Shown here one piece after another: positions 17,129-27,359 of a DNA stretch of 57,780 bases (position 1 is its first letter; each line of letters begins with the position of its first letter). The notes beneath the pieces are model-generated. The model was not told where the DNA came from. It searched no databases and saw nothing but the letters and a program-made list of their open reading frames with translations. A program made the translations under genes and the position numbers. The DNA lies in the IMG/VR virus record IMGVR_UViG_3300032308_000478, positions 1 through 57,780 of that record. The stretch is one strand, 5' to 3'. The stretch is from a virus. Its lineage: Duplodnaviria > Caudoviricetes.

Positions 17129-17166
17129 TGATCTTGCTGCATACATAGATTTGAAAGGATACTGAC

Positions 17167-17622
17167 ATGGCTGCTTATACCGACACGCTGGGCTTCAACA
17201 AAGGCACGGCTGCGTACCCTGACGGCAACGGCATTTCCAAGTTCACTGTTGAGCTTGACTTCGCCAAGATCGTCGCTGCCCGTTCTGCTGCTGGCGCTAC
17301 GGCGCTGGCTGCTGCGGACACCCTGCAGGTTATCTCGCTTCCTGCCGGATCCATCGTTCTGGCTGCTGGACTTGTCGTGACGAAGGTCGAATCGACCAAC
17401 ACCACGGCTACGTTTGACTTCGGCTTCACTGGTGGTTCGCCCTACGCGGCGAACGTGTACGTTGATAACGACGCGTCAAACGCACTTGGTCTGAGCGCGG
17501 CTGACCTTGCTAACCCCTCGGTTGTTCCGACTGCTGACACCATTGACCTTCTGATCAACACTGCGGTCCCGACCGACTGTGTGGTGGAAGCGTTTGCTGT
17601 TGTCGTTAACGCTAACGCATAG
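17167..17622 (+). CDS. Capsid decoration/cement protein (putative)
   Basis: 151 aa, beta-rich, follows the capsid gene with a strong RBS. Confidence 0.65.
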   Translation: MAAYTDTLGFNKGTAAYPDGNGISKFTVELDFAKIVAARSAAGATALAAADTLQVISLPAGSIVLAAGLVVTKVESTNTTATFDFGFTGGSPYAANVYVDNDASNALGLSAADLANPSVVPTADTIDLLINTAVPTDCVVEAFAVVVNANA

Positions 17623-17626
17623 CATT

Positions 17627-17651
17627 AATGGGGGCTCCGGCCCCCATTTTT
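17627..17651 (+). terminator. Intrinsic terminator
   Basis: AATGGGGGC-TCCG-GCCCCCATT-TTT. Confidence 0.85.
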
Positions 17652-17663
17652 CAGGAGGTTTAA

Positions 17664-18083
17664 ATGGGTGTCTATACGGGCATTGCCCAAGACAACGTCA
17701 CTATTACTAGCGGAACCGCAGCGCTTACTACTCTTTCTGTAAGTGGAGCGACTACTTTTTCAGGCGCGCTTTCGGTTGCTGGGGCTTTGACTTCTACTGC
17801 TCCGGTTACCAAGACTGCGGACTTCACTGTTGCTGATACGGAAACGTTCCTGATCAACAACAAGACCGGCTCTGCTTGCGTGGTTACGCTGCCTGCTGCA
17901 GCCTCGTGGACCGGGCGCATTCTTGTTCTCAAGACCACTCAGGCGCAGGCGATTACTTCTGCCTCGTCTAACGTGGTTGCTGCTGCGGGCGGTTCAGCGG
18001 GTACGGCTGTCGTATCTGGCACGGCTGGAAACTGGGCACTTCTCGTGTCCAACGGTACAGCATGGGTCATTATGGCATCGTAG
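17664..18083 (+). CDS. Head fibre/decoration protein (putative)
   Basis: 139 aa; TKTADFTV..VTLPAA motif. Confidence 0.65.
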   Translation: MGVYTGIAQDNVTITSGTAALTTLSVSGATTFSGALSVAGALTSTAPVTKTADFTVADTETFLINNKTGSACVVTLPAAASWTGRILVLKTTQAQAITSASSNVVAAAGGSAGTAVVSGTAGNWALLVSNGTAWVIMAS

Positions 18084-18098
18084 TACCATATCTTACAG

Positions 18099-18120
18099 GT
18101 AGGGGGCTTCGGCCCCCTAC
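18099..18120 (+). terminator. Hairpin/terminator with UUCG loop
   Basis: GTAGGGGGC-TTCG-GCCCCCTAC; weak U tail. Confidence 0.6.
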
Positions 18121-18138
18121 TAACTTAGAGAGGCATCA

Positions 18139-19938
18139 GTGACACTTGTTTTGAGAAACAATGCCTATGGCATTACTGCAAATGCCATATCGAGCACTGA
18201 TACTACTATTACGTTGACTGCAGGCGAGGGTGCGCGATTCCCCACTATTGGTACGGGGGATTTCTTTTTTCTAACTATCCAAAGTGTAGTTGATAACTTC
18301 GAGATAGTTAAAGTTACTGCACGCGCGCAAGATACGTTCACAGTTGTACGCGGGCAAGAAGATACACTAGCTATTCCGTTTCCGGCTAATAGCAAGGTCG
18401 AACTTAGAGTTACGGTAGGAAACTTAGTATCTGGGTTTGCACCTACTTCAGTAGCCGGTATGGTTTATGTTACTACGGATGGTGATGATACTCGATCCGG
18501 AAGGACCCTAAACACAGCTGTAAAAACCATAGCGCGCGGACTTCAGATAGCTAATTCACTGGGCAGCGGTTACAATGTCAGCGTGTATCCCGGCAGTTAC
18601 GTTGAGCAGGGATCCATGGCTATAGGTCCCGGCAACAGTGTAGTTAGTGCTGCCGGGCAATACGTTACTAACGTTGTAGCAGCCCCCGGATATGAATCTG
18701 CAAACATGTTTCTCCTGAATAGCGGGAGCTACGTGCAGGGATTTGCTTTCCGCAATCAGTCTATCGATAGTCTTGATAACCCAACGGGCGGATTTGCTAT
18801 AGCGTTTGCGCCAAATGCTACAATACTTAGGTCTCCATATGTGCGTGATATATCTCAAGTATCGCAATATGTTGAGAAGCAGATTGTAGAACCGCTAGGT
18901 CCCGAGCTTGTCCCACCAAACCCGCAACTACCTATTGGCGGCGGGGTCATACTTGCAGACAGGGCGGTCCTCAACCAGAACAGCGTCTTCCCCTACATCC
19001 TCGCCTTCGGTGCTACGCCTCGCTCACCTAACGGCATTGGTTACTGTGCCAAGAACGGCGCGGGGATTAACGGTATCTCGTCACTCAGCATTTTTCAACG
19101 GGTGTCGTTTTACGCGCTTAACGGAGGACAGATTACACTAAACAATTCGGGTACGCAGTTTGGGGATATCTCCATGCGTGCAAACGGATCTATGCAAGTT
19201 GTTGCTCCTTTTGTAACTCCAGCTACGCTTGCCATAAGTAGTTCCGCTGCGGCGGCTATCCTTACCAACAAACAAGCAGTTATCGACTCTATGTGGAACG
19301 CATTGGTCGCAGGCGGATACGCGACAGGACAACCTGCTTCGTATGAAACATTCACTCGCAGGGACGCCGGAAATCTTCTTGATGCGTTGCGGTTTGATTT
19401 TCTGGACGGTGACCAGAAAGTTACGCAGTCTTTTGCGCTGGGGTTCTTTGACTATGCTGGACAGCTTGTCTTTAACTACGGTACGTTTGGATCCCATTTC
19501 CAGTTTGCGTGGAATGAAATTGAGCTTGCTCTTCAGGCGTACTCACCTTTTAACGTAGTCGGAACACCAAGGTCTATGTTGACCGGGTTGCTTAATGTAG
19601 TCAGAACTACGGTAAATCCGGCAACAACAACCAGAATTACGTTTGGTTCGCTTATCGAATCGCTTGCCCATCAGTTCAACAATGCAGGTGCAGGGGTCAA
19701 TGCAAACGCGCTACCGCTCAACTTCCGTAGACCGGGAGCTAACCAGCCTGTGCCGTATACTATTTTGCAGGAAAACGGCGGTCGTATAAGGTGGTCCGGG
19801 GCCGATGAGTTCAACAACCAGTATTTCTCTGGCGGAACACGAATTGACGGACGCACTGGTCGGTTTGAAGGAAGGCCGTTCAATGTAGCGGTCAGGCAGA
19901 TAGCAAGAAGAATTGCTAATAGCAAAGGGTCATATTGA
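18139..19938 (+). CDS. Tailspike 1 (N-terminal anchor + beta-helix)
   Basis: Anchor shared with 22272; YVTTDGDD..G..AVKTI beta-helix cap. Confidence 0.75.
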   Translation: MTLVLRNNAYGITANAISSTDTTITLTAGEGARFPTIGTGDFFFLTIQSVVDNFEIVKVTARAQDTFTVVRGQEDTLAIPFPANSKVELRVTVGNLVSGFAPTSVAGMVYVTTDGDDTRSGRTLNTAVKTIARGLQIANSLGSGYNVSVYPGSYVEQGSMAIGPGNSVVSAAGQYVTNVVAAPGYESANMFLLNSGSYVQGFAFRNQSIDSLDNPTGGFAIAFAPNATILRSPYVRDISQVSQYVEKQIVEPLGPELVPPNPQLPIGGGVILADRAVLNQNSVFPYILAFGATPRSPNGIGYCAKNGAGINGISSLSIFQRVSFYALNGGQITLNNSGTQFGDISMRANGSMQVVAPFVTPATLAISSSAAAAILTNKQAVIDSMWNALVAGGYATGQPASYETFTRRDAGNLLDALRFDFLDGDQKVTQSFALGFFDYAGQLVFNYGTFGSHFQFAWNEIELALQAYSPFNVVGTPRSMLTGLLNVVRTTVNPATTTRITFGSLIESLAHQFNNAGAGVNANALPLNFRRPGANQPVPYTILQENGGRIRWSGADEFNNQYFSGGTRIDGRTGRFEGRPFNVAVRQIARRIANSKGSY

Positions 19939-20375
19939 TGCCAGTCATTACAACAAGTCAGGCACCTGCTGCAAAGCCTTTGGCTGCAAATCTGACGCTT
20001 ACAACTTCGTATCAGACCTTGGTAGAAGCGCCAAGCTACGTAGTTCCGCTCGTGGGATTTAACGCGGGAACGCGGTCAGCGCGCGGGGTGGCCGAGTTTT
20101 CTTCACCGCTGCTGGTTACAAACATTGGTACTGTCTCTCGCACCTTCACAGCTAGAGTTACAAGAGTAAGCCCATCCGGGTCATTTGTTATTGCCAACCA
20201 AATGGTGGTCGAACCTAATGACGTTGTTATTTTCCCCCTGAATGGACAGTTTTTGTTGCGCGAACCTAATGCTGCAGCGGGAGATAAGATCGAACTTCTT
20301 GCTAGTGCAAACAGCCAAGTAGTTGTTACGATTAGTTATACAGAAGGACAGGCGGAAGAAGATGACGTCAGTTAA
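19935..20375 (+). CDS. Virion-associated beta-sandwich protein
   Basis: 146 aa, coupled ORF. Confidence 0.65.
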   Translation: MMPVITTSQAPAAKPLAANLTLTTSYQTLVEAPSYVVPLVGFNAGTRSARGVAEFSSPLLVTNIGTVSRTFTARVTRVSPSGSFVIANQMVVEPNDVVIFPLNGQFLLREPNAAAGDKIELLASANSQVVVTISYTEGQAEEDDVS

Positions 20376-21543
20376 GTCTGTAAAAGGAAGAACTACTATC
20401 ATAGGACCTGCGCGTCAGTTCACTGACCCGCTTCTCCTAAATGCGCCAAGCTACCCCGGTGCATGGGCGTTTTCCAGCGGGAAAATGGCTTTTAGCGATG
20501 GATTTCAATGGCAAGAACTTATCTCAAACATAACTGTTCTGACTGAAAAAACAGTCGGCGCTGGCGGAGATTTTGCTACGCTTGGTGAGGCGCTTGCATA
20601 TTTCTCAGGGTTTTCTCCATCTGCGGCTCAGTTCACGTTTCTAGGTAAAATTAAAATACTTAATGGGACGGTGATCTCTGATCAAGTACGGATGAGTAGC
20701 CAGAACGTAGGATGGGTTATTATAGAAAGCGAAACGCCCAACGTAGATGTTTCAGTTGACGTTTCAGCATTTACCCTGCCGGATCTGTTTCTTCCGGCTA
20801 ACATGGCTTTTATGAGCTTTGTAAACGGAACGGCACCTATCATCAATTGTAGATTTCGTAAAACAGGTACGGCCCCGACTAATCCGGCGACAGGTAGTCC
20901 ATGGCCAGTTATTGGGCTGACACTTCGCACATGTGCTTTTAGCAGTATTGTTGATCCAGCAGTTCCAATAGGCCCACCACCACCGGTAGGACATACATTT
21001 AAATCCGGTATTTATGGATTTTCTTCTAACATACGAGTCGGAGCTAACGCTACAGCACGTATAACGCATATGGAATTTGCCGACGCAACTGAATTTAATA
21101 TAGCTTGCTCAGGATCAACTGCATCAATACTATCGTCGAGAGTTCGCAATTGCCTAGGAACATATAATATATTTGTGGCAGCGTCTTCTGTTGCAAATTT
21201 GTTTTTTAGCGATGCCCAAAATACAGTTGGTGTAAACGCAATAACCGATATTAGAATTGAAAGTGGTAGTATTTTTACAGTCGGAGACACAGCACTAGGC
21301 GGTACGTCAGAGACCGAAATCGTACCGACTGGTAAAGGTATTATCTTCGATGACCGGGTTACGTTGATCCCCACTTGGGAAGGCTTTATCAAGCCGCAGA
21401 GCTACACAGTAGCCACCCTACCTGCGGCAGCGTCGTATACGGGTAGCATGATTTACGTAAGTAACGAAACAGGCGGGGCGACCGTAGCCTTCTCTGACGG
21501 AACAAACTGGCGCAGGGTGCAGGATAGGAACATCGTATCATGA
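20362..21543 (+). CDS. Tailspike/fibre protein
   Basis: Start MTSVKS. TVGAGGDFATL.EAL beta-helix cap; C-terminal YTVATLP..FSDGTNWRR. Confidence 0.7.
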   Translation: MTSVKSVKGRTTIIGPARQFTDPLLLNAPSYPGAWAFSSGKMAFSDGFQWQELISNITVLTEKTVGAGGDFATLGEALAYFSGFSPSAAQFTFLGKIKILNGTVISDQVRMSSQNVGWVIIESETPNVDVSVDVSAFTLPDLFLPANMAFMSFVNGTAPIINCRFRKTGTAPTNPATGSPWPVIGLTLRTCAFSSIVDPAVPIGPPPPVGHTFKSGIYGFSSNIRVGANATARITHMEFADATEFNIACSGSTASILSSRVRNCLGTYNIFVAASSVANLFFSDAQNTVGVNAITDIRIESGSIFTVGDTALGGTSETEIVPTGKGIIFDDRVTLIPTWEGFIKPQSYTVATLPAAASYTGSMIYVSNETGGATVAFSDGTNWRRVQDRNIVS

Positions 21544-21785
21544 TTACCAAGCAAACATACTTCTACGAACTTCTTGCGCGCATTGGCGTACCAGATGGTA
21601 ACATTTCTGGTTTTTCAGTCAGGTATCTCGACCGTATCACTGAGAACAATGTGGTTATCAGTGAAACTATTGGCATCTCGCAGCCAAGTAGTCCGTCTAA
21701 TCTTGCATCACTCCTGTCTACTTCGGATCTACAGACCCTTATAAATGCTTTCGAGGCGGAACTGAATGCCAGAGGCAACACTTAA
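21540..21785 (+). CDS. Small fibre-associated protein
   Basis: 81 aa, coupled ORF. Confidence 0.6.
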   Translation: MITKQTYFYELLARIGVPDGNISGFSVRYLDRITENNVVISETIGISQPSSPSNLASLLSTSDLQTLINAFEAELNARGNT

Positions 21786-22275
21786 GGACCTGACGCGACC
21801 TCTTCATCATGCTGCTGAGCAGCATGCTATAGGCGGAGCTATGGCAACAGGTGATATCAGTGCTACTCAGTGGGCCGCTTGGTGTGCGGCGCTTTTACCT
21901 ATTCATGCTGTACTTGATCTGAAATTACCTGTATCTCTGCATCGCACATCTGAACTTATAGAGGATCTAAACGCCGGTCCTGTTGCCCCAATGAACACCA
22001 AGGCACTGTCTTTCTGCACTACACTAAACAAACAAGAAGCTATTCTTGGGGCTACCTACGTGTTTACCGGAGCGCATCTGATGGGCGGTGCAGTCATCGA
22101 ACGCCGCATCAACGGACGGCTACCCTGCGCTCATCTGAGGTGGGTAGACAGGCGTCAGGCTATTACAGACTGGTCCCCGTTACGCCTTCAGGCAGAACTA
22201 AAACAGGCCGCTGATAATGCTTTTGCTGTAGTTATCAGCATAATGGATGAAATTTCTGAGAAAGTGCGCGCATGA
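21766..22275 (+). CDS. Heme oxygenase-like protein
   Basis: LKDLTRPLHHAAE (proximal His helix) and YVFTGAHLMGG (distal helix). Confidence 0.8.
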   Translation: MPEATLKDLTRPLHHAAEQHAIGGAMATGDISATQWAAWCAALLPIHAVLDLKLPVSLHRTSELIEDLNAGPVAPMNTKALSFCTTLNKQEAILGATYVFTGAHLMGGAVIERRINGRLPCAHLRWVDRRQAITDWSPLRLQAELKQAADNAFAVVISIMDEISEKVRA

Positions 22276-25196
22276 CCGTGATCGTACAGAATAACACGGC
22301 AGCTTTTCTATCGACTGCCGTATCTGCGTCTGACACAGGACTGGCAGTTCAAGTCGGTTCTGGCGCGTTGTTTCCAACGTTGCAAAGCGGGGACTACTTC
22401 TACGCTACGCTGTCGGCAACAAACGGCGAATACGAAATCGTAAAAGCTACAGCTAGAGCAGGTGATAACTTCACTGTTGTTCGTGCGCAAGAGGGTACTT
22501 CAGCCCGTTCATTTGTTGCCGGGTCACGTATAGAAATACGTGTTACTGCAAGATCTGTAATCGAACTTGTGGGACCCGGAGTTGTAGGACCCGCTGGACC
22601 CGCTGGACCCGCTGGACCTATTGGACCCGCTGGACCTTCCGGACCCGAAATCATAGCGAACATTACGGCGCTTCGAGCGTTAAATGCTTTGGGTTCTGTG
22701 CCTGCGCAAGTCCAACTAACCAACACCCATGTGGCGGGTGATGGTGGCGGGGCGTTTCGCTACGATGCCAGCGATACTACAACCGCAGACAACGCCGGGA
22801 CGGTGATCGTTGACGCTGCCGGTCGCCGCTGGAAGCGGCAGTACTCGGGGGCGATCAATGTGCGCTGGTTTGGCGCGACCGGTCTTGATGCGACTGCGGA
22901 CCAATCAACGGCAATTTTTGCAGCGGTTGCAGCGTGTGAAGCGGCAGGACGCGGCACGGTTTACTTTCCTGACGGAACATACAGGTTTAAAAACCTGCGG
23001 TCATTGGGACGTATTAATTTTGAAGGGCAAACAGCCGGAAACGTAGTTTGGGCGCTCCCCCTTAGCGCGGTAAACGGCGATTATCTCTATTATAATACCA
23101 ACATCTCTACTTACGCCGACTTTGATATCGAGATGAAAAACATCTTCATCGACGGCGAGTACCGGTTCAATGCAGCGGCGCAGGTCTGTTTTACCCCTCT
23201 ACTAAACTTTTCCAAAGTTACCCGTTTGAAGCTAGAAAAAGTCAGAGCTTACCGGTCGATCTACATTGCTATTGCCATGGCAGGCTGCAAAGACGTCATT
23301 GTTCGAGACTGCGCGGCAATAGCGTGTGGATTTCTTGGGGCAACGCTTTCGCCCGTCACTTTGTCGATTGCTTCGCCTTGCGTCGTCACTTCGGCGGGTC
23401 ATGGACTGACAGTTAACAGCGCGTTTCGTTTTTCGACAACCGGTGCGCTGCCGACAGGCGTTGACGCTTATACGTCTTACTACGTCAAAACAGCTACCAC
23501 GGACACATTTACTTTTTCGGCGACCGGGGGATACCTCCCAATTGGCGCAGCAGTTAATACGACAGGTTCGCAATCAGGGGTCCAAAGCATCACTACTCAT
23601 TCGAGTAATGGCGGGCCGTCTATCTGGGTCTCAAACAGCGGTGCCGATCAGTCTGAGCGCGTCCTAATTGACAACTACAACGCGCAAGATTGCAACTGGA
23701 CGGCTATACATACAAACGGGTACGACATCACAATCAACGGGGGGAACATTAAAAACTGTAAAGAAGCGGGGGTCTTTTCGCCCAACGCGGTTGGTACAGA
23801 CATTCTGACTAAAAGCTTGCTTATTAACGGCCTTACGATTGACGGCATCACCGAGAATGACATCTCCGGGTCAGGCTTAGAGATAGGCGGCGAAAACATT
23901 ACGGTCACTAACTGCAACATTACTAACACTGATCACAACAGTATGGCTTTTTTGGACGCGCAATATGTAGTGGTTGCAAATAACAATTTAAGCAACTTCT
24001 GCATCGACTCCCTACTATCATACCCACAAGCTTCAGGCGTTGCGATGCTTAGTACCGCAACGCCCCAGATTTGCGGAAGCGCCGTTATTTCCGGCAACTG
24101 CATAATGGACACGCAAGTAGTAAAAACCGGCTATGCAGCAGTTACGTTAGCGGCAATAGGAGGCGCAACAATATCAGACGTGCTTGTGACTGGAAACACA
24201 TTCGATGATATAACGTGGGTTTCGGGTTCCACATATATTCTTACGTCTGTTGGCGGCGACATTGTTTTTGCGGACAACCTAAACGCGGCAAACTATCCCT
24301 ACGCAACAGTGCCAGCAGGCGGGCGATTAACGCTTACAACTGCGGTTCCCGTGACAACAACGGACGTAACCGGGGCCACAACCATCTACTACACGCCGTA
24401 CATAAACAACATCATCCCAATCTATAACGGGCAGGGCTACGTCAACAGGACTTTTACAGAGCTTTCCAACATCACAACCAATAGCGCAACGGGCAAGGCT
24501 GGGCCTGCTACCGTCACGACTGCCAGCAATTACGATTTGTTTGTTTGGAACGATGCCGGAACGCTTCGGCTTACTCGCGGTCCGCTGTGGACTTCTAGCA
24601 CGGCGCGCGGGACGGGAGCAGGCACCACCGAGCTTGTATCTGTGCTAGGAACATATCTCAACGCTGTTGCAATATCGAATGGCCCCGCAGCGCAGCGCGG
24701 TACCTATGTTGGTACGGTTCGCTCAGATGGGTCAAGCCAAATAAATGATAGTCTTTTGCTGCGGCACGTATGGAACCAGTTTAACCGTACCTCGCGAAGA
24801 CTTAGCGTAACGGACGCCACGGCTACATGGACCTACTCAACAGCTGCGTACAGGCAAGCCAACGGCAGCACGGCCAATCAAGTGTCAATTGTTTGCGGAC
24901 AAAACGAAGACATTGTGTCGTTGAAGTGCGTGTCCCGCGTAGGTAATAGCACAGGTACCGAACGGGTTGTTCTTTCATCAATCGGCCTTGACACGACAAC
25001 AACGCCGGGAGCTGTACCGCTGACAGGGTTTGGCGTTTGTACCGCTGGTCTTACGCAAAATTTGCTGTCTAGCATCGATACTTATCCCGGTCTTGGATTT
25101 CACTATTTTGCGTGGTTGGAGCGCGGTGCAGGAACAGATACTCAGACATGGGAGTCAGGCGGGAGCAACGGCATTCGCGGGTTTTGTAATGCCTGA
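22272..25196 (+). CDS. Tailspike 2 / depolymerase (anchor, collagen linker, pectate-lyase-like beta-helix)
   Basis: GPA repeats; INVRWFGA.G..D....AI; VYFPDGTY; beta-helix repeats. Confidence 0.88.
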   Translation: MTVIVQNNTAAFLSTAVSASDTGLAVQVGSGALFPTLQSGDYFYATLSATNGEYEIVKATARAGDNFTVVRAQEGTSARSFVAGSRIEIRVTARSVIELVGPGVVGPAGPAGPAGPIGPAGPSGPEIIANITALRALNALGSVPAQVQLTNTHVAGDGGGAFRYDASDTTTADNAGTVIVDAAGRRWKRQYSGAINVRWFGATGLDATADQSTAIFAAVAACEAAGRGTVYFPDGTYRFKNLRSLGRINFEGQTAGNVVWALPLSAVNGDYLYYNTNISTYADFDIEMKNIFIDGEYRFNAAAQVCFTPLLNFSKVTRLKLEKVRAYRSIYIAIAMAGCKDVIVRDCAAIACGFLGATLSPVTLSIASPCVVTSAGHGLTVNSAFRFSTTGALPTGVDAYTSYYVKTATTDTFTFSATGGYLPIGAAVNTTGSQSGVQSITTHSSNGGPSIWVSNSGADQSERVLIDNYNAQDCNWTAIHTNGYDITINGGNIKNCKEAGVFSPNAVGTDILTKSLLINGLTIDGITENDISGSGLEIGGENITVTNCNITNTDHNSMAFLDAQYVVVANNNLSNFCIDSLLSYPQASGVAMLSTATPQICGSAVISGNCIMDTQVVKTGYAAVTLAAIGGATISDVLVTGNTFDDITWVSGSTYILTSVGGDIVFADNLNAANYPYATVPAGGRLTLTTAVPVTTTDVTGATTIYYTPYINNIIPIYNGQGYVNRTFTELSNITTNSATGKAGPATVTTASNYDLFVWNDAGTLRLTRGPLWTSSTARGTGAGTTELVSVLGTYLNAVAISNGPAAQRGTYVGTVRSDGSSQINDSLLLRHVWNQFNRTSRRLSVTDATATWTYSTAAYRQANGSTANQVSIVCGQNEDIVSLKCVSRVGNSTGTERVVLSSIGLDTTTTPGAVPLTGFGVCTAGLTQNLLSSIDTYPGLGFHYFAWLERGAGTDTQTWESGGSNGIRGFCNA
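22587..22646 (+). repeat. 9-bp tandem repeat encoding a collagen-like Gly-Pro-X linker
   Basis: (GGACCCGCT)n with variants. Confidence 0.85.
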
Positions 25197-25260
25197 CGCA
25201 AGTAAATATACAAACTGACAACTTTTTGCAGCAACAAGACCAATATTCTGATAAAGGAAT

Positions 25261-25506
25261 TTGTGTATGCCACACGAACCAAACATGCTTGAGTGGCTCG
25301 ACTGGCTTGGTATCAGCGGCCTCGTGACAGCTATTGGCGCAGCTATCGGGTTTGGCAAACTGCACGGTAAGATAGCAAACCACGACGTTGAAATCGCCAA
25401 GCTTCAGCAAAACAGTGATACCTTGACCCGCCTTGATGAGCGGGTTATGCATATCAAAGCTGACCTTTCCGAGATAAAAGAACAGTTGAGAGTGTTCAGT
25501 AAATGA
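25261..25506 (+). CDS. Single-TM coiled-coil protein
   Basis: Hydrophobic segment followed by LTRLDER coiled coil. Confidence 0.65.
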   Translation: MCMPHEPNMLEWLDWLGISGLVTAIGAAIGFGKLHGKIANHDVEIAKLQQNSDTLTRLDERVMHIKADLSEIKEQLRVFSK

Positions 25507-26534
25507 CAACGAACCTAACTGGTCAGACTATCTCGTCCACATACGGCCAACTGCTTCATGTGGATGAAGGCCCAACGGCAACGGCTAAGAACGTATTCAG
25601 TGGCTCAGGTGTCGCTACGGCGCTCAAGCTCTCTACGGAACACGTAGAAGTCGATAACATCCGACTGGATGTCAACACTATCTCTACGCTGAATACGAAT
25701 GGCAACCTTGTCCTTGCGCCAAACGGGACAGGTTCTGTAGCTATCGCAAAGGCGGCGATCACTGGCGGAACTATCTCCGGCATCACGGATCTTGCTCTTG
25801 CCGATGGCGGCACCGGAGCGTCTGATGCGTCGGGTGCGCGTACCAACCTTGGTCTTGGGACTATCGCAACCCAGAACTCAAACAACGTAGCGATTACTGG
25901 TGGTTCCGTATCGGGGGTGACGTTTGCCGGGACGTTCTCCGGCATTACGGCTATTACGTCTGATTCATTTTTTACTTCTGCTGTTGCGGCAGGGTTGACG
26001 CTTACCGCTAACGATCTTCTCGCGGATGGTACGGATACCAACATCGATATCGATCTGATCCCCAAGGGGACAGGTGAGGTAAACATATCTAAAGTAGATA
26101 TCGATGCCGGAACCATTGACGGCACGACGATTGGGTCGTCTTCTGTATCAACTATAAAAGGTTCGACGGTACTCGCCACTCAGGAGGTAGGTTATACTAC
26201 CGGCGCAGGCGGAACTGTTACGCAGCTTACGAGCCGCACAACTGGGGTCACACTAAACCAACCTTGCGGGGCAATTACACTGGTCGCCTCTGGTATATCG
26301 GTCCATGACGCCGACGAGTTTACACTGACTAACAGCACCATTGGCGCTAATGACGTGGTTGTTGTGTGTATAAAATCAGGGGCTGGGGGAGCAACACGTA
26401 AGTACTATCATACGCAGGTTGTCGCCGTATCTGCCGGATCGTGTGTTATATCTGTAGGAAACATTGACAATAACTCTATTGGCTCTGAAACTCCGGTACT
26501 TTCGTTTGTAGTCATTAAAGGAGTAGTCGCGTAA
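25503..26534 (+). CDS. Tail fibre-like protein
   Basis: LADGGTGAS..GARTNLGLG and ITGG.I.G fibre repeats. Confidence 0.8.
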   Translation: MTTNLTGQTISSTYGQLLHVDEGPTATAKNVFSGSGVATALKLSTEHVEVDNIRLDVNTISTLNTNGNLVLAPNGTGSVAIAKAAITGGTISGITDLALADGGTGASDASGARTNLGLGTIATQNSNNVAITGGSVSGVTFAGTFSGITAITSDSFFTSAVAAGLTLTANDLLADGTDTNIDIDLIPKGTGEVNISKVDIDAGTIDGTTIGSSSVSTIKGSTVLATQEVGYTTGAGGTVTQLTSRTTGVTLNQPCGAITLVASGISVHDADEFTLTNSTIGANDVVVVCIKSGAGGATRKYYHTQVVAVSAGSCVISVGNIDNNSIGSETPVLSFVVIKGVVA

Positions 26535-26788
26535 TGGCCAAGACACCTGCATGGCAGCGCAAAGAAGGTAAAGACCCTGACGGCGGGCTGAACGCCAAGG
26601 GTCGAGCCAGCTACAACCGCGCCAATCCGGGCAAGCCGGGCCTTAAGGCTCCGCAGCCTGAGGGCGGGCCGCGCCGTGATGCCTTCTGCGCCCGAATGAA
26701 GGGTATGAAGAAGAAGCTCACATCGGCTGAAACCGCGAACGATCCAAACTCCCGTATCAACAAAAGCTTGCGCGCGTGGAAGTGCTGA
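26534..26788 (+). CDS. Small basic protein (DUF6321-like)
   Basis: WQRKEGK..GGLNAKGRASY..FCARM..SLRAWKC. Confidence 0.75.
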   Translation: MAKTPAWQRKEGKDPDGGLNAKGRASYNRANPGKPGLKAPQPEGGPRRDAFCARMKGMKKKLTSAETANDPNSRINKSLRAWKC

Positions 26789-26964
26789 TGAGTAAGTCTA
26801 CACCGGACAATGCAAGGCTCTGGAGCAGCGTAATCGCCCAAGCCAAGAAGAAGTTCGACGTCTACCCATCTGCATATGCCAATGCATGGGCGGCTAAGGA
26901 ATACAAGAGCCGGGGTGGTACGTGGTCTGGCGCAGATAACAGGGTGAGCAAACGTGGCAAGTAA
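26788..26964 (+). CDS. Small basic protein
   Basis: AKKKFDVYPSAYAN..YK.RGG; TGATG coupling. Confidence 0.7.
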   Translation: MSKSTPDNARLWSSVIAQAKKKFDVYPSAYANAWAAKEYKSRGGTWSGADNRVSKRGK

Positions 26965-27187
26965 GGGCGGTCTCGGCAAGTGGTTTGGCGAAGAATGGGT
27001 TGACGTAAAAACAGGCAAAGCCTGTGGCCGCTCTGGGTCCGAGAAGTCTACGCGCGCATACCCCGCTTGCCGACCCAAGGCCGCTGCTGCTAGGATGTCT
27101 ACATCAGAGAAACAAACGATGGCAGGCAAGAAGACAAGTTCCACGCGACAGTCGTGGCCGGTATCCCCTAGCGGGAAAAGGAAATAG
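26954..27187 (+). CDS. Small basic protein (DUF5872-like)
   Basis: GL.KWF.E.WVD.KTGK.CGR..YPACRP. Confidence 0.7.
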   Translation: MASKGGLGKWFGEEWVDVKTGKACGRSGSEKSTRAYPACRPKAAAARMSTSEKQTMAGKKTSSTRQSWPVSPSGKRK

Positions 27188-27188
27188 C

Positions 27189-27359
27189 ATGGACGCCCGT
27201 CAGAAAAAAGTAGCCAAGGTTATGCGGGAGTTCAAATCTGGAACTCTGCATGGCGGCATTGACCCCAAGGGTCCGAAGAAAGCTCCTGTGGTGAAAGACA
27301 GGAAGCAGGCGATTGCAATCGCGCTTAGCAAAGCCGGAATGTCCAAGGGGGGAAAATGA
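27189..27359 (+). CDS. Small basic protein (DUF6496-like)
   Basis: KKVAKVMREFK.GTLH..RKQAIAIALS. Confidence 0.75.
   Translation: MDARQKKVAKVMREFKSGTLHGGIDPKGPKKAPVVKDRKQAIAIALSKAGMSKGGK

Noticed and set aside
18139-26534. Diversity-generating retroelement or invertible fibre switch
   Set aside because: No reverse transcriptase, recombinase or template/variable repeat pair was seen; the shared anchors are diverged paralogues
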